Shown here piece after piece: positions 53,074 through 64,000 of a DNA stretch of 64,000 nucleotides (within the stretch, counting starts at the first letter, position 1; every line of letters begins with the position of its first letter). Origin of the DNA: Octopus bimaculoides (lineage: Eukaryota); assembly GCF_001194135.2 (NCBI RefSeq), contig NC_068990.1:82813055-82877054 (forward strand), given 5' to 3'. The notes below the pieces were generated by a model. The model made no database searches. It saw nothing but the letters and a program-made list of their open reading frames with translations, and was not told the DNA's origin. The position numbers were made by a program, and so were the translations under genes.

Positions 53074-53479
53074 GGCGGTGAGCTGGCAGAAACGTTAGCA
53101 CGCCAGGCGAAATGCTTAGCGGTATTTCGTCTGCCTCTACGTTCTGAGTTCAAATTCCGTCGAGGTCGACTTTGCCTTTCATCCTTACGGGGTCGATTAA
53201 ATAAGTACCAGTTACGCACTAGGGTCGATATGATCAACTTAATCTGATTGTCTGTCCTTGTTTGTCCCCTCTGTGTGTAGCCCATTGTGGGAAATAAAGA
53301 AATAAGAAACGTTAGCACGCCGGGCGAAATGCTAAGCGGTATTTCGTCTGTCTTTGCGTTCTGAGTTCAAATTCTGCCGAGGTCGATTTTGCTTTTCATC
53401 CTTTTGGGGTCGATAACTTAAGTACCAGTCGACTGGCCCCACTCTCCAAAAATTTCGGGCCTTATGCCTAGAGTAGAAA
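53074..53479 (+). mobile_element. SINE A dimer (A2 then A1 tail) with a perfect 22-bp TSD
   Basis: agaatagttacttgtagaacaa at 53052-53073 and 53480-53501; junction aaataagaa|acgttagc at about 53308. Confidence 0.92.
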
Positions 53480-54226
53480 AGAATAGTTACTTGTAGAACA
53501 ATGCATATTATTATCACAAAGTTGGGCAGGACTAAATTTCTCAACAGTTATTTACATAAGAGCGCAGGTGGAAGTGACGTGTTTTAAGCAACAGAAGCAT
53601 TGCACATCTTTATCTTTTTCTGTTCATAAAATAATGAAGTAAGATTTACTAGGGTGGTATTTTGATAAATACACATTTTTACTCCCACGTTGAAAGGCAG
53701 AAAAAAGGGTAATTAAGTTACAATGTACTCTGTCAATAAGATAATTAATACAAGTTGCCATCCTGCTACCATTGTACATATTAACCCACATATACCCCTG
53801 GTTGCGTCTTCGTAACGCCAAACCTGCTCATTACTTCTTTTGATATGAACTCGCCGGGAAGCATCTGACTGAGTATACGAAAAGTTCAGCAGGTAGTCTA
53901 CACCCGTAACTAACAGTTGCATACGGTCTTTCTGTTCCAGATTCTGAAAGCTTACCATAACGTTTAATCTAAAATACAGTGAGATTTTTTTTTTGGGGGG
54001 GGGCATATATTGGTTAAGAGAAACCGATTTGGTTCTATCCAAATTTATGTATAGTGTAAATAGTTAAAAGCTACTATTTCTCTATTTGGTTAGAAAAATG
54101 TGTAACCGATTTCGAATGAAAAGTAAAGATACTGGAATGAATCGGATTGATTTTCTCTTCCTTATTACATTGAGGGAAACATATGCTTTAACCGAGGTTT
54201 CTAGCTTACCCGGTGAAGTCAAAATA

Positions 54227-54462
54227 TTTATTTCTTTATTGCCCGCAAGGGGCTAAACATAGAGGGGACAAAAAAAGAACAGACAAACGGATTAAGTCGA
54301 TTACATCGAACCCAGGGCGTAACTGGTACTTATTTAATCGACCCCGCAAGGATGAAAGGCAAAGTCGACCTCGGCGGAATTTAAACTCAGAACGTAACGG
54401 CAGACGAAATACCACGAAACATTTCGCCCGGCGTTCTAACGTTTCTGCCAGTTCGCCGCCTT
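54227..54462 (-). mobile_element. SINE family A2 monomer, full length
   Basis: Head aaggcggcgaactggcagaaacgttag; tail cttgcgggcaataaagaaataa. Confidence 0.9.
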
Positions 54463-54953
54463 GGAAAGTTAGAATATTGTATATTTACTGAAACTCTAAA
54501 CTGCCATAACCCTGCATTACATCGCTATATATCAAACAATGAAGTGTGAGCACTGAATACTTTTGTTCAGCGGTTTTTATCAGACTGACATTAATTTACA
54601 GCACTTTGTTTCAAACCTAACAACAGTTTTCCTACACTTGAAAATGGACAACTTTTCCTACGACTCCTTTTCTTAAACACTCAGCAACGAAAACACTCAG
54701 GTTTTCAACAGTGCTACCACTATTTATATTACTGTGTGGTACAGAAGCGAATGTAGGCTTTGTTTAGACCGCATTCAACACTGATAATTGTAATCCACGG
54801 TCAAATGTTAAAATAGTCTCTTTTTCACGTACATCACATTCTGTATCACACTATTCAATGCAAACATTTTTAATGCCATCAACATGTAACTGTTACTTTT
54901 AACAGCTGGAGTTACAACGTAGAGGTTCTCTTAGCCATGCAATTCTATATAAT

Positions 54954-54975
54954 GTGATGCGCATCACTGACGTCA
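54954..54975. promoter_or_regulatory. 14-bp perfect palindrome abutting a full CRE (TGACGTCA)
   Basis: gtgatgcgcatcac (54954-54967) + tgacgtca (54968-54975). Motif only; function untested. Confidence 0.25.
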
Positions 54976-55340
54976 ATGTTCCTTTGTCCGTCGTAACACC
55001 TACCACACGCCACTACTATTCGTTCAATAATCTCAGTAATCCACGTTATTCGTATAGATACAACAGAAAGTAAGGTTACAAAATACTAAGAGATTACATA
55101 TTAATACATTAATATCTGTAAAATGATGCTCGTAGACACTAACATGAACTGTCGAGCTCCATTGAATATTCATGCCTTCATTTACATGAGATACCATGTT
55201 AAACATGCATTCACACATACACGCACCTGGATATAACCGAACCTTGAAGCTGATCGACGTAGAACAAAACTTGAGTTCGCATTCTCTTTCTTTAACACTC
55301 TCATTCCCTTTGTAGATATGCATACATAATACATACTTAC

Positions 55341-55371
<31 letters not shown>

Positions 55372-55435
55372 TATAAATGTGTACATATATGTATACAGAT
55401 ATGTGTAGATATATATATATACACATATATGTATG

Positions 55436-55514
<79 letters not shown>

Positions 55515-57884
55515 GGATGCTTGTATGTATGTACGCATATATGTAGACATAAGCATGTGTGTATATGTATATGTAGACGAATAACGAATAACATATCCAT
55601 ATATGTGAGTGTATAGGAAAAGAAACGTGTATGCATATAAATATTCGTATGAAATCTGCCATGGGCCACCTAATAGCAAAGAGTGAAGAAACAAAGGAGT
55701 CGCATTCTACCTTTTATTCTTACTCTTCTTGTGCTATTCAATTATGTATTCATTATATATTTAGCAGAAGATTAAATCATTGTTCTTACAACATCAGCCT
55801 TATTAATCACCTGTTTGTTAACACCATGTCATTAATTTATTTTTCTTCTCAAATGGAAACTACTACTATTGCTGCTACTAGTGAATAACATTTGAACTTT
55901 TATTATGTTCGCCTTTGCTATATCAGATTCTTAGAAATCAATAGTTGGTATGTAGTTCCAAAACTTGCAAATAAACAATGTTATTTACAATTTCTCGTTT
56001 TTTAGATCTGCGTCGGTCACACTGGAACAGGTCTAAGAGGAAAACCTTTATGACGATGAGCATCCTGTTTTTCTGTTCTTTATAGGTGCATCCCAGAATA
56101 CATCAGCCAATTATTTCTATTTCTTATTTAGGCACAAGATCAGTAGTTTTAAGGAGTGGAAGTTAGTCGCTACCTTCGACTACTTCACTGGCATTATTTT
56201 AAAGAATACGAAAAGTGGATAGGCTAATTAGATTTCTGCAGGATTTGAACTCAAAATGTAAAGATTTAGAATATGGTAGAACATATTCTTTGATAACCCA
56301 CTGACCTACCATTCATTTTAATTTAGCCACAAGAACAGCAATTTCGAGCAGAGATGAGTTAGTCGTTAACGTTGGTTCAGTAGCTGAAAGTGATAAAAGT
56401 AAACTTGACTTCATCTGTACTTGAAATCAGAAAGCGAAATCTGAAACTACTATTTATAGGCATTTTTCTTCTACTTTATGATTGGCCTGCCCACCACTTT
56501 TGTCTAAGATCATCTAAAACGTCTACCGTAACTTCATAAATTTTAACACTAAAGCTAACACAAATTAATGAATTCCAAGTGTATTAATCGATATGTAGCT
56601 AAACCTGTGTAAGCTTGAATAGAATACATCCCTGTGAAAGGGCCAACTCTTTCCATTCAAAATATTTATTTGTATATATATGTAGGATCCAGGAATCGAG
56701 GTGTAGGAAGAAAGTTAGCTTCAAGCAAACCGTATTAAATATAAAAGCAAACAACTTTCAGGGACAATAGTGGTTTATTGAGACGGAAGATCATGGATTT
56801 TTTGGTATCGAAGTAAGATAGGCAGGAAAAAGTTCTTTTTATATTTTACGGAAGGCGACCAGTTTGTAGCCCAAGACTGAATGTCCGCCTCTCTATTGTC
56901 ATCAGAATAATTATTAAACTAATTGCTCTATCTCTTCCCTCTAAGGAAGTGATCTAAGGTTGTTTGATTTCTATAATATTTTAGAGTCTGATTGTTTTCT
57001 ATGTAGAGTTTGCTTGTGTTCTGTCTATGATAGATACTGTTTACTGAGAAGTAGATAGAAAAGGACAACAAGCTGAATTATTTTTCAAGATGGCATGGAA
57101 AAGAATTATTCTGAATAGTTGCGAAATGTCAGTAAGAAGCCAGAGCTTTATAAGAAAAAGGATAAACAATATGCAAAAGTCGTGAAACAAAACAGTGTTG
57201 AATGAGGTAGAAAGTAGACTCCAAATGTCAGAAACAAGAACAATGTTAAATATAGTCTTCGGACTCAAATGGCAAAAGGAAAAATATTTTGAGGAAGAAT
57301 ATATTCCTTTGTTGGTTCTTATATTATCTGCACAGAAACGATGAAACGAAAAGTCACTCTCGGCGGGATTTGAACTCAGAAAATGAATAGTAGTAGAGGA
57401 ATTAAAGCTGAATTATATTTGAAGACGACATGAAAAAAGAAATTAATCTGATAGATAGCAAAATGTCAATAAGAAGCTGAACTTTAAATGTGAAGAGTTA
57501 AAAACATAGAAACGATATAAATCAAAACGGGAGATGAAAAAGTAAGGGTTTAATAGGAGTAAGTTGAACAGGTATATGTCTTTAATGGAACAGAAGATCA
57601 ATGTAAAGGCAGAAGCATAATAAAAAGTTAAATGAAAATCGTTTCATTGAGGACAGAATGTAATCTTCAGAACTGTATTGTAAACGGAAGAACAACGTAA
57701 AATAAATTGTTCGAATTTAAATGGCATATGGACAGCCATTTCAAGAAAATGGTTGTCATTTTATATGCCGTAAACGATGAAACGCAAGGTCACCCTTGGT
57801 GGGATTTGAACACAGAAGCGCAATGAAAGAATGGATTGCATGATACCTAGTGTCTTTATTTCTAATATCAAGAAACAATGTTTT

Positions 57885-58262
57885 TGTTGGCACTCCGTCG
57901 CTTACGACGACAAGGGTTCCAGTTGAACCGATCAACATAACAGCCTGCTCGTGAAATTAACGTGCAAGTGGCTGAGCACTCCACAGACACGTGTACCCTT
58001 AACGTAGTTCTCGGGGATATTCAGCGTGACACAGTGTGACAAGGCTGACCCTTTGAATTACAGGCACAACAGAAACAGGAAGTAAGAGTGAGAGAAAGTT
58101 GTGGTGATAGAGTACAGCAGGGTTCGCCACCATCCCCTGCCGGAGCCTCGTGGAGCTTTAGGTGTTTTCGCTCAATAAACACTCACAACGCCCGGGCTGG
58201 GAATCGAAACTGCGATCCTATGACCGCGAGTCCGCTGCCCTAACCACTGGGCCATTGCGCCT
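57885..58262 (-). mobile_element. tRNA-derived SINE family C, full length
   Basis: Head ggcgcaatggcccagtggttagggcagcggactcgcgg...gtttcgattccc (A and B boxes) continuing into a ~300-bp body ending gacggagtgccaacaaaaa. Confidence 0.88.
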
Positions 58263-59899
58263 CTACATGTCTAAGTGTACGCTTGTTCTAAACTATGAGT
58301 AGTTACGGACTGCATACCCGAAACAAATTAAAGCTTTACCTTATGATTTGCACATTCTTTCTATCGTTAATAAAGAAACGGTGCGCGTGCGCATATGTAT
58401 GTGTATGTGTATTGTTATATTGTGGGTGTCTAACATATATGCTTGCACGTTATGTAGTAATCAAGAATCATCAGAGAGAGAACTGATTATGAAAGAGTTT
58501 GAGAAACTGAATATTCACTTGAGTAAATAACTGTGCCCACAAGGCTCCTCTGACTCGGCACAGCGAAATTCATAAGTAACTGTCGTTTAACATGATACAA
58601 AAGCAGGTTTGTGGTCATTAAAAGTCACATAATCGTTCAAGGGAATGAATTTCAACTCCTGATCAATCGGTCAGTTAACTGGACCAGTCAGTATGTGAGC
58701 CACATATTGAATGCGCCTAGTTTTCTCTTTTATCATGTAAAGTAATCTATACATGTTATCAATAGCTCCACACGGTCTGATGGCCTCTATTTGTTAACAT
58801 GATGCCTCAAAGATGTAGTTTACAAAAGTGAAGGTTTAGTTGCTAAAAATATGAATTATGTCTTCTAAAAATTCTAAACAAGCATCATAAATATTTTGGC
58901 ATATCTGCGACTTAGAGGCACCTAGATACAAATTTTTTTCTGGAATGTTTTATTTTTCTTTTAAAAAATACTGAAATGCAACAGCCTATTCATACTGGAA
59001 AAGCTATCATCAGAATGAATATATTTATGTAACAATACAGTTTTCAAAATGCGTGTAAAATCTATAGACACACACAGAAAAATGGCTGTTAAAATGGGAA
59101 GCACACTTTGCGAGCATTTTCCCTTTTTCTTTTAGAATTTCGTTATTTATGTATTTTTTTTTACTACAAATTGCGTTTCTAACAAGCACGTACATGGGTA
59201 CATGAAATGTTTAAATAGGAATACACATTCAGCTAAATATGCATATGCTTATGTGGGGTATGTATGTATTTATATACATCTATATATATACGCATACATA
59301 TACATGTGTTTGAGAGCATATGAGATGTGCATATGTATGTATGTATGTATGCGTGTGTGTGTGCATGTATGTCTTTTTGTCTATGCATATGGAGATATAT
59401 CAAGATAAAAAAAGAAAAGGAAGGAAAAAAGAGTGGGAGAGATGAACAAGTATTCGGTGACGAATTTACAGCTACTTTATCGCATAGTCGAGTAGAAGCA
59501 ACAACAAAATAAATGGCAATACCATTAGCGCAGTCACTAAAATTGTAACTTCAACAATAACACATGAAAACCATCTACAAAAACAATATCAATAACATGC
59601 CTCGTGGTGTATACAATTGAAAATAGAAGATTACATTTTACACATTACAAAAACACTAATTTCAGATGATAAATACAACAATTAGGGTAAAAAATACTCC
59701 TACTTTACATGATATAAAACTTTCCGTTGGATAATCGCTAATGCATATCGTTTCACTCGGTAAGTTTACACACCCAAACACAAGTTGGTAACATCATGAA
59801 AATTGTATGATTAACCATTATAGGTATACTAACAGCGTCCAAGAGGTGGCTGTGTAATTATAAAATCATACACACATACACACACACACATACACACAC

Positions 59900-59950
<51 letters not shown>

Positions 59951-60326
59951 CATACGCACGCACACACACACACACATATATAGTCAGAAACAGGTATTCT
60001 ACAAAATCTATACAAGCATCATTGATTTAGGAATTATAATTAAACACAGTTAGTTATTAAAAAAGTTATGTTTACTAATTCTTTTTTTAATTTCAGAAGT
60101 TAGTTCCGTGACATTGCTGTACATGAATTTTTTTTTTTTCCTGTTTGAGATCGAATATATATTTTGATCTATGGATTTTCATTCTCAGTTAAAAACATGT
60201 TTATAAACACTATCCGATACACAAATATTACATCCCACGTGACTATACATTTATAAACGAACAAACATACTACCACATGCATACAATTTTAAAACTGTAT
60301 TGGTGTATAATAAACTGCAATTATAG

Positions 60327-60362
<36 letters not shown>

Positions 60363-60419
60363 CGACGACGACGACGACGACGACGATGATGATGATGGGA
60401 TGACGACAGGAAAAAAAAC

Positions 60420-60780
60420 AAAGACCAGAATTTCAATGGGATGTCGTTCGTCGAGAGCATCAATCCCTGTACTCAACTGCTACTATTTTATCAACCCTGA
60501 GAAGATACAAAGCTTCGTTGACCAAATACGGATTTTCAACTCAGAAAAGTAAGAAGCAAGAAGCATCTTGTCCGACTTGCTAATAACTCCGTCATCTCGC
60601 TGCCTTAATAATAACAATAGTAATCGTCCTTTCTACTAAAGCCACGAGGTTCGAAATTTTGAGAGGAGAGCTAGACGATTGCACCCACTGAAGTGCTCCA
60701 TCGGTACCTATTTTATTGACCCCGACAGGTAAGGCAGATTCAGAACGTAATAAGCAAGAAGAAACGCATCAGCGATGAGG
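60420..60780 (-). mobile_element. Two diverged SINE A copies after a (GAT)/(GAC)n tract
   Basis: ctactattttatcaaccctgagaagatacaaag...ctcgctgcctt; gccacgagg...ttttattgaccccgacagg. Confidence 0.6.
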
Positions 60781-60949
60781 GTTATTACATAGTTAGTTTA
60801 TACATTTTTGTGGGAATTTATATCAAAAATATTTATTAGCGACAGAGTCAGTATTAATACCGATGCCATATTTAAACCCGCTTCATCATTAACAAAACTA
60901 AGGAAGGTCGAAATCACGTGACCTGGTTGTCTTCAAGCTGGAGGTGGCG

Positions 60950-63170
60950 GGGATTTGTTTCCTCGCTCGGGATATAAACAAGAGTGCATTTTGCTCCAGA
61001 ATACAATATCAGAATTTCTTTCATGGTAACTACCGCAGTATAGTTTGTTCTAACAGTACATCCACGTTTATAATACTTCTTTATGGGGAGAACGAAAGGG
61101 TATGGAGAGATAAGATAAAAAGTATACACAGTATACAAGAGAGCCTGCAAAGAAATCATCCCAATAATCAAGGATTTTCTGACCATCAAGAGCATAAGCC
61201 CTTGCCTAACTGTTGCTTTCCTATCAACAAACGCATATTTATAGTACTTCCATCTTCTTAAACTTTTTCCTATAATCATCAACCTTTTCGCAAATTTCCC
61301 GCTCAGGGGCACTCCCGCCACCACCTTCACTTTTGCAAAAGCCAATGACAGCTTGTCTGAACAGAAATATGTCTACCCTCAATCGTTTAAGGCTCGTCCT
61401 CCACAGAAGCTATTTCTTCATACCCACAAGACAGAGGGAAATCTCCTGCCCCACCTTGCTGAAAGCAGTTGGTCGGGCGATAACGACGATAGACTCAAAT
61501 AATAACCAAATTTATTCTACACTCAACAACAGCTGAACAACATAACTATACCAGCCAACAGTACTTGGATACTGCACGAGTGCATGCAATGCAAATTTTC
61601 GCTTTATGCGCATTGCAGACATCGCTTAACGGTATGTTCCCTTGTAATATCAGCCTGATTTTTGAATTCATGTAATACAATTGTTTAACAATGTACATAT
61701 GCTATCACAGAAAAACTATGTCTTATAGAAAAATCTGAAAGCATACTTGAATTCTGAAGATAAAATGCTATTACGTTCACCTACTTTTATTTGTGGGACA
61801 AAATTTTTCATCAATTCTGTCGACCAATTATAATTGTCAGCCTTATTTTTGCAATAATATAGTACATTTATTGTATAATTTAATTACTCTGTCACATAAA
61901 AACTATGCCAGATAAATTCTAAAATCAGATTCGAAATCTGCATTAAAAGCAATATAAAGTTCTCTTTCTTTAGTTCACAGGACAGCAAAAAGTTCGAATT
62001 TGACCAGTGTAATGTGTCTTGCACATTTTTGATAATACAAAATATTTCGTTAATGATATAAAAATGTTTTCTTTTTTAATCTTAATACTACTGTACAAAT
62101 TTGATTGCAATCACTGGACGTTTTTGATATCGTTGAACATTATCTTGAACTATGAACTTCTCTGGTATTCTTAAACATGTCTATGAATGAATACCAAGGT
62201 TTATCTACGAGTAAATCTCTCCCAAGAAAATAAATCTTTCGAGCGTTTTACAAGTGATAAATAACAAAGATAATAAAATGCTGATAATAATGATTACTTT
62301 TCTAATGAAGGAAAAGTATTAACTCTTATAAGAATGGTTTTCGAATTCACTTACCTCCCAGTAAACAAAACAGGGTTTCTATTTCTTCTCACACCATTAA
62401 GGCTAGGAATGTTTAGCGAATTCTTTCATAGATAAAGAATTTGTAAATACGTTCTGCAAGATATCACCAGCAGTTATGAAGTTATTTGCGCGGGTATATT
62501 CTAGTTTCATTCATGGCAAGCATTCATTCTCACAGAAGTTAAATCCGTTCTGAAATCATAAGAACATAAGAATGTCATCTATGACGTACCTTCTTGTGAA
62601 GAATGAACTGAGAGTTTTCAAAGTATCAGAATAGAGAAACCTCGAAAAACATTAATGATAGAAAAACATTCAAATCAGAAACAGCTCAACATAAATCGTG
62701 CTAAACACAAAATAATATACCACTTTGAAATGAAGTTACTATCATTCATACAGAAAGATGGCGAAAACTTAGAAAAATCTAAGAAGCATTATATATAAAT
62801 ATTGCTGAAAACGCAATCAATAAGTCCAGATCTGACATAATATAAACGTTGCTGCCATTACTGAAAAAGGAATTTAAATTTATCTAAGTTTCCATTGTGG
62901 TTCTTTATCAATTATGGAAATCTAATTCCATTGAGGTATTGTCAACGTTGGGTTTATTGATTATGTTTTCAGCAAGATCTTAAGTCATACATTTACTTTC
63001 ATATTTCCAATTTTCCACTACGGTTCTCTTCATATGCAAAAGGTTTGAATATAAGAGGTTGAATTCGAATTTTGGAAGTGCTAAGAAATCGATAATTTAT
63101 GGCTATCTCATTCGTCCGTTGATGACGAAGTCAGATGCCTTTTTATGTGTGTCGAAACACGGTTGTTTCC
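60950..63170 (+). mobile_element. Decayed, near full-length Penelope-like element
   Basis: N-terminal VLHRSYFFIPT..LLKAVGRAI (cf. VLxKGLNFxPTP..IIxAVExAI); weak RT remnants; GIY-YIG region KNVIYDVPSC ... EVTIIHTERWRKLRKI*EALYINIAENAIN; hammerhead-like tgacgaag...cgaaacacggtt at about 63123-63166. Confidence 0.55.
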
Positions 63171-63919
63171 AAAGACAATCTATGGAATATTACTCACACA
63201 CACAAACACAAACATACATATACATGCATATATGTAAATTTTATGTACAAATAGACGTGTCACTGCAACTGATTTGCGTAAAGTTCACGCAAATTTTAAT
63301 AAACAAGACTGCTTTCTGCATAATTATGATTGATTTCATAGTTAGATTGATTGATTATAGTTAGATTGATTTCAAATTCTGGAACAAGGCCAGAAGTTTC
63401 GGGGGACAGGGCAAGTCGATTACGTTTTGCTTCACTTAGGTTTTACAAACACGTTACACAGCTACAAATAAAGCCATCGTTATATGGATGTTTTCGAACA
63501 CTTTTGGTGCAAAATATCTTGCGAAGTCTGTGTAGCGCGTATAATACTTCATATTGAGTATTTATGATCCGAAAAATGTAATACTGTCATAAGCATTCGG
63601 GGTCACTTTGTCGTAATAGAGTTTCATTTGGTAGTTAGGTAACTTCGAAGTACCTACAAATAATATCATTATAAATATCTATCTCTACAATTGTAAATTC
63701 CTTTCTTCATTTATTGTTCACGTTGTCTATATTTCCCAAAATAATTTTTTTGTCTCGTTTCTCTATTTGTTTCTTTCCTTGATCGACAAAAAATTCGTTT
63801 TCCATGTTTATGCTTTTTTTATGTTTTCGTTTTTCCTTTTGTTCGCGTTTGTTGACGTCCTGTATCCATATATGCATGCATATATATGCAGGTGTGTACA
63901 TATATTTATGTATATATGC

Positions 63920-64000
<81 letters not shown>

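Noticed and set aside
58190-58262. tRNA-like sequence with A and B boxes
   Set aside because: There is no closing acceptor stem, and it runs into a SINE body, so it is a SINE head.
60060-60120. Strong branch point plus acceptor (tactaat...tttcag)
   Set aside because: No matching donor or open exon follows.

Overview
AT-rich, repeat-dense eukaryotic DNA from a short-read draft assembly, with nine N-gaps, most flanked by microsatellites. The repeat vocabulary suggests an Octopus (coleoid cephalopod) genome; this is an inference from recalled repeat families, not a database hit. No host gene can be confidently built, and nearly all listed ORFs are microsatellite or N-gap artefacts. The window is best read as intronic or intergenic DNA. 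It holds three tRNA-derived SINE families and decayed LINE fragments (R4/Dong-like, CR1/Jockey-like, RTE). It also holds Penelope-like elements, a full-length decayed Tc1, a mariner 3' fragment, an internally deleted piggyBac and a Helentron-type non-autonomous element. Three observations stand out. (1) A 151-bp-arm fold-back at 31988-32343 carries a minimal hammerhead ribozyme motif in each arm, on opposite strands. (2) SINE multimers at three loci share the same tail-to-head junction, and one is bracketed by a perfect 22-bp TSD. (3) Retroelements are embedded in (AAT)n tracts, consistent with Dong-type microsatellite targeting.
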